Part shown: positions 47,929 through 61,140 of the stretch, piece by piece
Layout: each line of letters begins with the position of its first letter
Position numbering within the stretch: the stretch's first letter is position 1
Assembly (NCBI GenBank): GCA_964016885.1
Contig: OZ024744.1
Span: 57,474,001-57,538,000 of the forward strand
Direction: 5' to 3'
DNA length: 64,000 nucleotides
DNA from: Eledone cirrhosa
Lineage: Eukaryota
Notes under the pieces: generated by a model
What the model saw: the letters and a program-made list of their open reading frames with translations, nothing else
Databases searched by the model: none
What the model was told of the DNA's origin: nothing
Program-made: the position numbers and the translations under genes

Positions 47929-48894
47929 CACATAAAAATAAATTCAAGAGTTCCTCCTTCCCTCCACCCCTACCTCAATGTGTATCTGTTGTTGTGTGTC
48001 TGAAAATCTTTAAAGAGTGAGATGTAAGGAGAGTCTGCTCTATCAAAGAAATGAGGTTTTCGTTGTTAATAATGATCTTCTCTGCCATATAATAACAGAG
48101 TAACAAATACACATTTTTTCCCTTGTTTTTCTACAGAGAATTACTGAGTCTAAATTTCATTGGTTTTCTGTATTGTGTTCTGTTGTGTTGTGTGTTTCAT
48201 AATGTTATTTACATAGCTATTTAATAGTTGATTAATTAAACCCCACACACACATATACACACCAACAAACAGCTTGAATGACTCAACTAAGTTCCAGAAA
48301 GATTAAACTTAGAGTACTATTTAAAAAAATGTTCAACTCACAAACAACTAGGTTCTCTCTGCAAAACTTTTCCCACTCACATACACACACACATATAGAT
48401 ATAGACAGATATAAGAAGCCACGCACATTTTATTTGTATTTGTTGTTTAAGTCCATGGCAGCCACTGTCTTGTCCTAACATGTGTGTGTGAGAGAGAGAG
48501 AGTCACTTATTTTCAACATTTTATAACCTCTGGAGATCCTTGATATCCACAAGAATATTCTCTGACATAGTACAGATTGTTATTGTTGTTGTTACAGTTC
48601 ACACCCCTGAAGGTTTATCAGGTTTCCTATGTAAGTTACATTTCATAGGTTTCTTAGGAGTGTTAATGATGAGGGCCTCAGTCCTGAACAAAATGCTAGT
48701 CACTGGTACTCATTTTCTTCTTTTTTTTGAGTTGAGTAGACTAGAGCAATGTGAAATGAAGCATAAAGAAAACAACATGCCACCCAGGGTCCTCCACTCT
48801 GTACTCTAGTGGGCATGAATGAGGCTAGGTGTAAATGAATGTTTCATGAAAGCCATGTATAGAGGAGCAACTAGCAAGGTGAGAGTTGGCATTC

Positions 48895-49220
48895 TGGTTG
48901 TGGTCTGCTAAAGTTTTGAACTAATTATGAGGCATCTTGCTTATATAAACCTCCCATGAGGTCCAGAAATTCATCCTTTAATTTGTTCATTAAATACATT
49001 CCAACTAGGCCCATCATCTGGGCCATATCGCTTGAATCCATAATAATATCAACATTATTTTCCCTGTCTTGATGCTTCCACTAGTTACTGTCAAATTCTA
49101 TAATGGATCTTTTTGCTGTTAAAATTATCTTGGTTTCATCCCTTGTTAATATACAATGTTTCTTAGCAAATATTAGTGCTTTGTTGAAAAGAATTGGAGA
49201 TTTATGAGTAGTAGTCTTCT
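48895..49220 (-). mobile_element. Penelope-like reverse transcriptase remnant
   Basis: Minus strand reads DYYS..PILFNKALIFAKKHCILTRDETKIILTAKRS...VDIIMDSSDMAQMMGLVGMYLMNKL...GGLYKQD, resembling PLE RT (FDVTMGS.DGAE..ELVGLYLL...GLYRDD). Confidence 0.72.
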
Positions 49221-50186
49221 ATATCTAGTTGTATGAAGTCTGTTTTTTTTCTTCATTATCTACTTTAGTGTTACACTTGGTTTATATTTTCCCATAATTA
49301 AAGATCTAGTCTATGAAGAATTTGTAGTACTATTCTATATGATACTGCTTAAATGTTAACCCATATATATTTCTGATTATCTTATTGTTTACAATGCATG
49401 TACTATAGTCACCTGTATCGAAACGTACATAGAAATTAAAGAATGGATTTAAGTTGTTAACCTTGGTTTTTCTTTATTTTAGATATATATATATAAGGAA
49501 ACAAAAAAAAAAAAAATCATCAAACACATCTGCCCTCTTGTTCCTAGCCTGTATTACATTAACAATATTATATATCAACCTTATTACCTAAGATGCTGCC
49601 TGAAGAAGTTGTGTTGGTGGTTGCATGGTCACAGCATCATGTATCATGTACACCACAGAAATATATATTATGGATATTTATTTAATCAATTTAAATGTCC
49701 TTATAGAACTAGTAAGCCACAACAGACTAGTACTTCAGACACTTGAGAAACAAAAAGCAAGATAGATGTGATGCTATCTGATGTTTGGACTCAAATTTTA
49801 AGCATAGAAAAGGGTAAAATCTATGGAACCATCAGCCTGACTTTCGGAAACAAACAGACAAGCAGAAATAGCATGTGAACCCTTGCTCACAATCTTGTAT
49901 CCTAGTAAATGGGAAGGCGCAATGCAAAGGTCCTAAAGCGGATGATGTCGAGATACCTCCTCCGAATACTAAAATGAAATATGCTGAAATCTCTCCTAAG
50001 AATACCACTTCATCCATTGGTGATGATGAGGACAAAATGGAGGCTGAGAAAAGTCAACAGACTGTTGTAATAAGAGAAGACGAGAGAAGTAAACAAATAG
50101 ATATGTTAGAAATCTTGGATAAAGACTCTAAACAATGTGACTCCCTGAAATACACACTCATCAGAAGTAAAAACATTGCTTTGTAG

Positions 50187-50366
50187 CATAGAGTTATGGT
50201 CCTTTATATTCTGAGTTCAAAACCCGCCGAGGTTAGCTTTGTCTTTCATCCTTTCAGGGTCGATAAATAAAGCACCAGTGATTTAATCGATTTTTCCCCT
50301 CCCTTTCAAATTGCTGGCCTTGAGCCTAAATCAGAAACTATTATTATTATTATTATTATTATTATT
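50187..50366 (+). mobile_element. SINE (head truncated) with (ATT)n tail
   Basis: CTGAGTTCAAAACCCGCCGAGGTTAGCTTTG..TTTCATCCTTTCAGGGTCGATAAA. Confidence 0.85.
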
Positions 50367-51281
50367 GTGTGTGTGTAATGAATTCTAAAAGAGAAAATAT
50401 TCAACTTAGGGTTGTTTTTCTTATATTATTTGGGTCAGTCACAAATGCAATCTACCTTGAAGGCAGCCAAGGGTGAAAGAAACTTTCTGGATAGTTGGTG
50501 GTAACAAGCCTGCAAGTTTCAGTGATGTCATGGTTGTTCACTATTTGTGTGGTGTGAAGGCACCATAATGAATTCATATTTATTTATAGTAATTTATTTG
50601 TCACCTGAATAAGTGATTATAAATAAGCAAGTGAATAAAAATGTATAGAATACATGAAAACTTAGATTTGGTTCAAAACATCATATTTCAGAGATGCTGA
50701 TAGTAGCCATGCTGAAATTGAAATGTATGTAAGATGTGAACATGTCTTTTAGCCTGTTTAGGTGGACTGGCCATATGAGCATCTTGCATAATGCTCAGCT
50801 GAAAAAGATGTCATGGAAAACTGAAATTATAGCTACTGCACAAAGTTTGAAATGAAAATGGAACATGTTGGAGCAGAGCAGTGTAAAACATGCTTCTGGT
50901 CCTCAGCAATCAGCTGTCTGTTAGTGTTGCCTGGATGACCGAGTTCAGTTTTAAGACTCAATCTTCTTCTGACAGTTGTTCTAATTAAGTACTGACTTTG
51001 TCTGTAACAACCCATCCAACCATACCAGCATGGAAAAGTGGACAGAAAATAATGATGATAAAGTAAAATTGACATGACTCATATATATATATATATATAT
51101 ATTGTGGTATGGAGATCTTTCTTTGACTGTTGTTTATTGATCTTCCTTTGAAAGATCCATGTACGCATGATTGGTTTAGAAAATATAGACATTTTACTAC
51201 CTGGCAGCCATTCCTTGGTCATATGAGAATCCTTCAGTGAATTGTTCTGAGAGAGGAAAATAAAACAAAACTTAATAAATG

Positions 51282-51284
<3 letters not shown>

Positions 51285-51313
<29 letters not shown>

Positions 51314-51524
51314 TTCTACTTTAGGCACAAAGCCAGCAATTTGAAGAGGAGGGGAAAGTCAATTAAATTGACCTCAGTATGTTACTGGTACTTTATTTTA
51401 TCGACTCCGTAAGGATGAAAGGCAAAGTTAACCTCAGCAGGATTTGAACTCAGACCGTAAAAGGCCATAACTCTATGCTGCAAAGCATGGTGTCCGACGC
51501 TCTACCGATACGGCGAAACCACTA
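51285..51524 (-). mobile_element. tRNA-derived SINE
   Basis: Same family as 7242; (AAT)n tail on the left. Confidence 0.88.
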
Positions 51525-51536
51525 GTAATAATAATT

Positions 51537-51760
51537 GGTGATGGATTAACAATATCGGTAGAGCATCAGGCAACATGCTTAGTAGTATATAGTTATGGTC
51601 CTTTACATTCTGAGTACAAGTCCCGCTGAAGTTAGCTTTTCCTTTTATCCTTACGAGGTCGATAAAATAATCTACCAGTAATGTACTGGAGTTGATTTCA
51701 CTTTCACTTAAAATTTCTGACCTAGTTCCAATGTAGAAGTAAATAATAATATTAATAATT
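51537..51760 (+). mobile_element. tRNA-derived SINE, head-to-head with the previous copy
   Basis: TATCGGTAGAGCATCAG...CTGAGTACAAGTCCCGCTGAAGTTAGC...ATCCTTACGAGGTCGATAAA. Confidence 0.85.
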
Positions 51761-52296
51761 GTTTCTGGCACAAGTTTTGCATTCAAAAAAGAATTTAGAA
51801 TGGGAACAAAAGTCTCATATTAACTTTAAGGGAAACAAAGAACATTTATCTTATCTTTTTTATCTCTTTCTCTCTCTCCTTTTTTTTTCCCTTTTTCTAT
51901 TTTACTCTTTCTCTCCTTCTCTCTGACTCTGGTTCTCTCTCTCTCTCTCTCAGCAGGGATAGTCTGGGTTTCTTCTATTACTGTGTGTCAGATGACCTGA
52001 AGGGTCAAGTTCATCCACACAGAGCCACATACCCATTTCAACCCTCCACATTGTCAGGAGACCAATAAAATGCTTACCAGAATGGAAAAAAAGGACATGA
52101 AATGATGATAATGATGTATGTGTTGTGTGTGTACTGTGTGTATGTATTTGTGTATGAATATAAATATGCACAAGCACATACAGAAAATGTTGTCATTTGA
52201 TAGTCAGCAGTGTAGAAAAGATAACAAGGAGGGTGTTATCATATGATCATGTGGCCTGATTTCGTGTCATATACTAGCTGAAATCTAACATCCTTT

Positions 52297-52768
52297 AATG
52301 ATTTAGCAAAAAATATGTAAAAATGTTTTTTGTTAATTCAAATGTTTATACTCTCTTTACTAGTGTACAGATTGCTGTGAAAATTTGAAGTATTAGAATA
52401 AAGGCTTCAGTTTTTAATGTGATGCAGTCATAGAGCTGTTTTGTGCTTTTCAAGAATGTCTTACTAATGTGGTTTCATGTGATACAGACTATTAATAACC
52501 TGTAATAATTTAGTAAAGAATTTCTAAAAAAAAAAACAGATTTGTTAACTAGTGTTTACAGAATCTTTATTAGTGGACAGATTGTTGTGAAAATTTGATG
52601 CAGTCATAGTAATGTTTTGTACTTTGTTACTTATGTTTTTTCAGGCAGTACAGGACATTAAGAATGTTTATAGTATCTGGACTAGCACAACAATATGTCA
52701 ACTAGTAAAGATACTATAAACATTTGAACTGACACCTCTGTTTTTAGACATTTTCTGTTAAATCATTT
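52297..52768. mobile_element. MITE-like element with ~67-bp imperfect TIRs and internal direct repeats
   Basis: TTCAAATGTTTATACTCTCTTTACTAGT vs ACTAGTAAAGATACTATAAACATTTGAA. Internal CAGATTG(C/T)TGTGAAAATTTGA twice. Confidence 0.7.
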
Positions 52769-53019
52769 TACTTGCATTTCCAGATCATTTGCATCTTATA
52801 TTTCTTCACATCACAATGTCACTTTTGTTTATTGCAGTGATATACCTCCTCTTCTGTAATTTTAAAACTCAGAAGGTGCAGTATAACCAGAAGCAGTAGC
52901 AATCTTCTGGTTGCCCATGCAATTGTATCCTATGATGAAGTACTGTTGGTGTCAAGGAAATGTGTCTTTGTCTTGCCTTATTGGTGTATGTTTTCATCAA
53001 CTTGAGGGCACATGACAGA

Positions 53020-53710
53020 GAATTTATCTAGCTCTGGCTTCACTAACTACTTGGTTATGTTAGACAGTGCATTCCTCACTGGGGAGGAAATTTATATTTA
53101 CAACCATCAGTCTGTTTCAACTTCTGGTGAAAATAAAATCAGTCTAGCTTGCCTAAATTATTAGCATTACAAAACTCCAGATGCATTGATCCCTCCTCAT
53201 TTTTTATACCAAAACCAAAGCCTCTGTGGACACCATGAAAGCCAAAATGTTGTCCAACATGTCCATTAAAATCACCAGCCATGACTATAAAGTCATCATC
53301 ATTTGTTAGAGAGGTAGTCTGCTTAAGGGACTCATAAAAGTGGTTTTTCAGTTCATTGGCCAGTCTTAATGCATATGCAGAAATAATTGTAATTATTGTT
53401 TTATTTAGGACTAGCTGAGCTTAATAATTGTATTGCTCACTCTACTACTTCAGTTACCTGATTTACCCATTCTGCCAACAGAATACCTACTTCCCACAAC
53501 TCTTGTTTACTACCCACCTAGAAAAACTTGTAGTACTGTATTTTGCCTATGAAGAGTTTCACTGAGATTCCTCTTCATCTAGTCTCTTGTATGCAGCATA
53601 TATTTACTTGCTTTTGCTCTAGCATATCTACAATTTCACCAGTTCTACTTTCCATTATGCCAATGTTGATGGTGTTAGCTCTAATGTTTTGGCAATCACA
53701 GGAAGAGGGA
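53020..53710 (-). mobile_element. Old RTE endonuclease-domain fragment
   Basis: TINIGIMESRTGEIVDMLEQKQVNICCIQETR, IISAYA, GDFNGHVG and PSEECT motifs on the minus strand. Confidence 0.85.
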
Positions 53711-53711
53711 T

Positions 53712-53760
<49 letters not shown>

Positions 53761-53789
53761 CAATATTCTGAAAGGGGCTATAAAACAAT

Positions 53790-54072
53790 TAATTCCTATT
53801 TAAGTTTATATTTATCTATTTTACTTCGCAACACTTTTTGGTTTGCTTCCACTGTCTGGCACATAGGGCAAGTGTCTTTGATTATAGGTTTGTGTGTGTG
53901 TGTATACCTATGTTTCGTTTGTTTTTATATCCTGTAACTTAACAGTTGAACAAAAGAAATACCAGCCTTTTGAAATATAAGTAATAGGATCAATATGTTC
54001 AACTAAATCCATTTAAAGCAGTGCTCCAGTATGGCCTCGGTCTAATGACTCAAACCGTTAAAAGAAGAAAAG
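53790..54072 (+). mobile_element. Degenerate CORE-like SINE
   Basis: GGCACATAGGGCAAGTGTCTT and a 3' end GACTCAAACCGTTAAAAGAA. Confidence 0.6.
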
Positions 54073-54109
54073 GGAGAAAAGTATGTATGTGTGTGTATTA
54101 TACTTATAT

Positions 54110-56806
54110 ATCATCACCATCATCACTTTACGTCCGTTCTTCCATGCTAGCATGGGTTAGACGGGTTGTCCTGTTGTGGGCAGTAGCCGGTCGGCTGACC
54201 ATGCCTTGCTCATACGGTAACTGATTCTAGCTTGATTTCTACAGCCGGATGTCCTCCCTAACACCAACCTCATTTACAGTGAGTGCTGGGTGCTTTTTTT
54301 CCGTGGCGCCTACACGTCCACTTTACAGTGTGGGCTGCATGCTTTTTTGCCATGGCGCCTCCACGACCACTTTGCAGTGGGAGGGTGTGGGGGCATATTG
54401 TCTATATGCTTCAGCTTCGGCGTGTACCCGTGGAGGGTTGGGTCTTCTGTGTTACTGCATGACGCCAGAGGTCATGGTCATGTGTCGTTGCCTTTGAGAG
54501 GTGTAATTGGGTAAGATTGGCTCTTTTCACCTCATCCCAGGTCTTCTTGGGTCTCCCCACTCCGCGGATTCCATCGACTTCTAGTGCTCTGCACCTTTTT
54601 ATTCAGCTGCCATCCTTCATATGCATTACATGTCCATACCAACGCAACCGCCTCTCCTGCACACAGCATTTGATTCCTCTTATGCTCACTCCCTCTCTCA
54701 ATTCGTATATTACTATTACACATCCATCGGAGCATGCAGGCTTCATTTATTTCTAATCTATGCAAGTCTTCCACAGACCACGCCCAGGTCTCACTGCAAT
54801 GTAACATTGCTGTTCGGATACACGCATCATACAGTCTACCTTTCATATTGAGGGAGAAGCTTTTTGCAGCTAGCAGTGGCTGTAGCTCCCTAAACTTCTT
54901 CCATCCTGTTCTTACCCTAGTTATTGTACTTTCTGAACACCCACCTCCGCTGCTAATTCGGTCACCTAGGTAGCAGAAGCTGTCTACTCTTTCTACAGAA
55001 CCCTCCCAGAGTATAGTGGTACTTGTTTCCTGTGGCTGTTTGCTGCTTGCTGTCCCAGCACAGCTGCTACATGTGAAGCCTACATTCTTAGTTAAGCTTC
55101 CTGAGATCCCACTACATCTCTTGTGTACCCATTGTTTGCATTTGGGGCAGAGAATGGAGTTCCTACCTACACCTTTCCTACATACTGAGCAAGGCCATTT
55201 CCCTGAGGGGATCTGGGTTCTGTTTTCTCGTCTACTTACAAGGACCTTAGTCTTTGTCAGGTTGACTTTGAGACCCTTTCTTTCTAGTCCCTGCTTCCAA
55301 GTTTGGAATTTCTTCTCTAGTTCTACCATAGATTCAGCTATAAGTGCGAGGTCATCTGCATACAGGAGTTTCCATCTGGTCTTAAACTCCTTCGTTATTG
55401 CCTGCAAAACTATAATGAACAGAAGAGGGTTAAGAGCAGAGGCCTGGTGGACACTGACCTGTATGCTAAATTCCTCGCTATACTCATTGCTAATCCTAAC
55501 TTTGCTGATTGCTCCCCTATACATGGCTTGTACAGCTTTCACAAGCCATTCATCTAGTTTTCTAAGAGCCCACCAGATTATAGCATGGAGAACTCTGTCA
55601 AAGACTTTCTCGAGATCGACGAATGCCAGGTAGAGCGACTTACTTTTAGCTAGGTACTTTTCCTGTAACTGCCTCACAAGGAAGAGGACATCAGTGGTGC
55701 CTCTTCCTGCTACAAACCCAAATTGCATCTCATTTAGTTTCACCCGGTCCCCAATCAACTGTGCTATAACTCTTTCTGTTACTTTCATGACCTGGTCTAT
55801 CAGCTTTAAACCTCTATAGTTTCGTCTATCTAGTGCATCACCTTTACCCTTGTAGCAGTTGACAATGATGCTACTGCACCAATCTTTTGGTATGACACCT
55901 TCTAGTATTACCTGGTTAACAATACGTGTGGTTATAGTGTGACCTACAGACCCAGATGCCTTCAGCATCTCGGCAGCTATAACCGATGGACCGGTTGCCT
56001 TCCCCATCTTCTTATATTTGATTGGCTTACTTACTACGCTGCTGCTGACTTGTACTGCTGGCCCCTCTATAGGGTCTACTTAGGGTAGGGTATCTTCTTC
56101 CCATGCATTCAGCTCATTTAGTAATCTATCATAATGACTCTTCCACGCATCTTTCTTCTCAGCACTTGTGAGGGCAAGCTCATCTTTATCATTTCGGATA
56201 CACTTCTCTCCAATGACATCACAATTCTCTCTGACACACTGCCTCGCAATCTTGAACACCTCCTGTTTCTGGTCCTCACATTGCCATACATGCTTGAATT
56301 TTCTATCCTCTGCTTCTCTCCTAGCTAAATATACTTGTTGCCTAGCTTCCCTCCTGGTCTCTATGTAATGTACCCTGCTTCCCCCGTTCTTCCATTCTTT
56401 CTATGCTTGTCTCTTGGCCTTAACTGCCTCATCTCTCCTCTTGCCTGTGGTCTTACTCCAGCCACAGACCTCATCCGTCGCCTCTAGTAAGTTATTTTTT
56501 AGGAACTCCCAGTGCTCTTCTACATTGAATGTCTCTATCTGTTCTTATTTACTGTCATAGGCGTCGAGTAAAATATCTTTAAATCTGTTACTGGCTGAGG
56601 GGTCTTTCAGCTTCCAGATCTTTCTTCTCCAGGTTGGCTTCTGTTTCCAGGTTCGTCTAGTTCTGACCGTGAGGTCGCTGACAACTAAGTTATGTTGGGA
56701 GATACATTCCTCACTAGGGAAAGCTTTTGCGATTACAACCGTCCATCTGTCACGTCCTCTGATGAGGATAAAATCTGACTAGAATGTTCCCCTGATCTAT
56801 AGGTGA
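54110..56806 (-). mobile_element. RTE family B, 5'-truncated within the endonuclease
   Basis: ORF 54532-56007 (491 aa: FVDLEK, LLYADD, PHD-like finger), long 3' UTR and (GAT)n tail; highly similar to 61141-64000. Confidence 0.96.
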
Positions 56807-56888
56807 TCATCATCATCATCATCATCATCATCATTTTTTCGTCCGCTCTTCCCTGCTTGCAAAGGTGGGACGGGTCTTATTCAGCACA
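56806..56888 (-). mobile_element. Extreme 3' stub of RTE family A abutting the family B copy
   Basis: (CAT)n-TTTTCGTCCGCTCTTCCCTGCTTGCAAAGGTGGGACGGGTCTTATTCAGCACAG. Confidence 0.85.
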
Positions 56889-57614
56889 GATATATTACAT
56901 AATACTTGTGTATTTATATAATATAGTTTACAGCCAAGACATGTGTCTCACCTAGCTCTAAACTGTTAGAAATAGTGAATAGTGTGTGTGTATATTTATA
57001 CTTGCTTATGTATTTTGTATGCAAGATTTGAGAAAATGAAATGAATTAATTGGATAAGCGAACAATCGTTTTTTTCTTTTTTTTTTTTATCTTTCCTTTT
57101 CCTTTTTTTTTCTCTATTAAATTGGAAATTATTAATTTGTACAGAGCACCACTCTGACTCTGAACAAAAAGATTTATAAACCATTTTACAGCCCAACCTT
57201 TCAATAGCTTATTGATCTTCTTCACTGTAAGACTCATTGCTGTCAGCTTGTACCAGTAAATACTGCATTATATTGATCTCATTACATATAGGCACAAGGT
57301 AATGAATGGCGGAATTTTATGTTTGTATGATTTATGTGAGATGGGCAAGGGGAAAGGCAGCAGGGGTCGGTGGAGATTGTTTATTTTGTGCAGTGTGTGT
57401 GTGTGGGGGGGGAGCTCTGGGAGGACATTTTGCGAGGTATAACAAGACTGCTTTCAAAGGTGGGTGAGGTGTGTAGAGTAGGTTGTATGGGATGGGAGGT
57501 GTAATGAGGGTGTGTGTGGGGCACGGACACTTTTCAGAATTTAAGGGAGCTGAGAGTTTACTTTTTCTTTTTAACTCTCTTTTATTCCTGTGTTTCTAAA
57601 ATACTACACATATC

Positions 57615-57830
57615 CTGCCATGAATCCCTGTCAAAAACCATTCTCCAGGGCACAGCTAAAGGAAGTTGAAGAAGAAGCAGAAAATCCTGGTCATTAAGGA
57701 CTGAACAGGTCTCAACACTGTGACCCTTCTGAATATAATGGAGGACTGAGGTCTGTGGCAATTGCTGATTATCAAAACATCTAGGGTGACACCCAAATCA
57801 CTGGCTGCACCAATTATGGGAACATAAGGT
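57615..57830 (+). mobile_element. RTE/BovB-type C-terminal fragment
   Basis: HESLSKTILQGT.KG.*RR motif followed by IKD*TG. Confidence 0.55.
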
Positions 57831-58194
57831 TGATGAATTCATGATGGCATTTGTAACATTACTTTACAAAAGGTTCATATATTAAATTATGTTGGAAGGT
57901 TTAAATTTAAATAGAAAGTCTTTACCACGACTGGTTTGTTTCATAGAATCAAAGACAGGCATTAGGTGGGTTGGTCTCAAAAATGCTAAACAGAAGTGGA
58001 TGGGCATTGGATATTTACAGGCCTCCTCCTTAATTCTCCAGATGCTCTGAACCAATATACCAGTGGCTGAATCCTTCTCATTCAGGCTCCGGCTGTGAGA
58101 GTGTGTGATGAACATGCCTTTCTCAATGTCATTAATAGCTCATAGATAAGGTAAAGTAGTCTAGCCAGATATATAGGAGAAACATGGTATAAAC

Positions 58195-59630
58195 AGGATA
58201 CGCTAAGATATATAGCAGCAACATAGTATAGTCAAGCTGCACAGCCAGACATGTAGCAGCAACATGGTGTACTCAGGCTGCACTAGCAGACATTAAGCAG
58301 TATTATGGTGTAGTCAGGCTGCACTGTCAGTCATGTAGCAACAAAATGCTGTACTCAAGCTGCACTGACAGACATAGCAGCAACATGATGTAGTCAGAAT
58401 GCACTGCCAGCCTTGTTCCAGCATAGTGTGCTCAGGCATCACTACCATACATGTAGCAACATGTTATACTCAGGTTCCAATGCCATACATGTAGCAGCAA
58501 CATGATGCAGTCAGGCTGCATTGCCAAGCATGTTGCAAAAATATGATGTGGTCAGGCTCCACAGTCAGACATATAGCAGCAACATAGTGTAGTGGCTATT
58601 CTGCCAAACATGTAGCAACAACATGGAGTATTTGGATTGTACTGCCTGACATGTAGCAACATGATGTACTCAGGCTGCATATTCAGACATGTAGCAGCAA
58701 CATGATACTGTCAGGTTGCACTGCCTGACATGTAGCTGCAACATAATGTACTCAGTCTGCATGTCCAGACATGTAGAACCTTGCTGAACTCCAGCTGCAC
58801 TGCCAGACATATAGCAGCAACATAGTGTAGTCATGCAGCCACTGCAAGACATGTAGCAGCAACAAGGTATAGCTAAGCTACAGGATCAGACATATAGCAG
58901 CATCATGGTGTACTCAGGCTACATTGTCAGACATGCAGAAGCAACATGGTGTAACCAGGTTGCACTGTCAGACATGTTGCATCATGATATACTCAGGCTG
59001 CATTATCAGACTGGTAGCAGCAACATTGCACTGCTGGACATAGCAGCAACATTGTGTACTCAGGCTGCATTGCTAGTTTTATAGCTGGATGGTGTGTTCA
59101 GGCATCACTGCCAGACATGTAGCAGCAACATGATATACTCAGGCTGCATTGCCAAGTAAGTTACAGAAACATGATGTAATCAGGCTGCACTACCAGATAT
59201 GTAGCAGTCATTTTATGCAATTGGACTGCATTGCCAGACATGTAACAGAACCATGGTGTACTCAGGCTCCATTACCAGCCATGTAGCAGCAACATGGTGT
59301 ACTTGGACTGCACTGTCAGACATGTAGCAGCAAATTGATGTAGTTAGGCTACACTGCCAGACATGTAGCAGCGATATGGTGAGGTTAGGCTACACTGCCA
59401 GACATGTAGTGGCAATATGGTGCAGTTGGGCTGCACTGCCAGACATGTAGCAGCAAGATGGTGCAGTTGGGCTGCACTGCCAGACATGTAACAGCAATAT
59501 GGTGCAGTTGGGCTGCACTGCCAGACATGTAGTGGCAATATGGTGCACTGCCAGACATGTAGCGGCAATATGGTGCACTTGAGCTGCACTGCCAGACATG
59601 TAGCAGCAAGATGGTGTAGTTGGGCCACAC
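58195..59630. repeat. ~39-bp minisatellite GCTGCACTGCCAGACATGTAGCAGCAACATGGTGTACTCAG, about 36 copies
   Basis: Periodic CAGACATGTAGCAGCAA motif. Confidence 0.95.
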
Positions 59631-60837
59631 TACATTTTCTCACTAGACTACTGCAGTATGTCAAATTGTTTACATTGATCCTTACAGCCATAGTCACACA
59701 TATACTTAAACACAGGCAACTTTGTCACACACATCCATGCTCTGTAATACTCACTTTCAGACTCATCCACACAGCACACATTCAGAGAATTATCCACACA
59801 CACACATTCTGACATACAAACTTTATACGCTCATCTACACACCCACACTTGTATTACATACAGACTCATCCACATGCTGAGAATTACCCACACACATACA
59901 TTCTTCAGTACTCACACACACATACACACACACACATACACATTTACATACAGACTCCACACATGCCCCCCTCCCCAACCATTTATAAGTATATTTACAC
60001 ACATACACAAACATACAAATATATATATTCATCACACCTACTTGACAGACACATATACACTCATACACTCCATACACAACACACAAGAACTTTTCACATG
60101 CGTGCCCCTCCATATACACAGCATCATTAGTTTTCTGCTCTTCATATAGACAGTAAGCTCTTGTGCTGGTTCCAATGACAAGTATTTCAGTTGTTTGATT
60201 AAATGAACAGCCCATTGTGAAATTAACATGTAGGTGGCCTACAGATGCAAGCACTCATATGTAGTTTTCATGGAGATTCACCATGTTCAGCATGATACAT
60301 TGTGTGTCAAGATGCAGTTAAAAGTACAACTCATATTTCACAGCTGAAGCAACATGAAAATTTGTGTCATGTTTAAGGACATCAACACACTGCCGGGAAT
60401 CGAACACATGACCCTACGATTATGAGTTGACACCCTAATTACTGAGCCCTGCACATTCACACAGTACATCTTTAGATGTCTATATAGATATTTGCTTCTT
60501 TTGCTATTCATATTCATCTTTAGCCATGGTTGATACTGTTGAAAGCACTCAGCAAAATCCCCTGGTATTTTCTCTTGTAGTACACTGACCAGTAGATACA
60601 GAGACTAGCATGCTGGCATTGACCAAATCAACCTTGCACTAGTTTGTTGTTGTTGTTGCTGTTGTTGTTGGTGGCGGTGATGGTGGCAGTGATTGGGCTA
60701 TCAGCAAACATCATGGGCTCCTCCTCCTTTTCATTTTGTTATTTTAATCTTTTAATATATGGGTAGTGCCTAGCAATGCTATTTTCTGTATACTGTATAT
60801 TACGTCCTGATTTGTAGATTCTGATTGTTATTGTTGA

Positions 60838-61050
60838 ATTGGCAGAGTCGTTAGATCATCAGTCATACATAGCAGTTTTTGCTCAGGCTCTTTACATTCT
60901 GAGTTCAAATCCTGCCGAGGTTAGCTTTACCTTTCATCCTTATGGGGTCAATAAACTAAAGTACATGTAACACACTGGGGTTTATTTTATTGACTTTCCC
61001 CTTTCTTGCAAAATTGTTGGATTTGTGTCTAACTCAGAAACCATTATTTT
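60838..61050 (+). mobile_element. tRNA-derived SINE
   Basis: TGGCAGAGTCGTTAG A-box-like, GAGTTCAAATCC B-box-like and TTTCATCCTTATGGGGTCAATAAA. Confidence 0.85.
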
Positions 61051-61140
61051 ATTCTTTTACTGTTTTAAGTCATTAGACAACTTGTATTAAGTCAATCATA
61101 TCAATCCCAGTACGTATTTTTTCAAGTCTGGTACTTATTT

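Noticed and set aside
59344-59812. Cys/His-rich repeat ORFs
   Set aside because: Translations of the 39-bp minisatellite with frequent frame-breaking indels.
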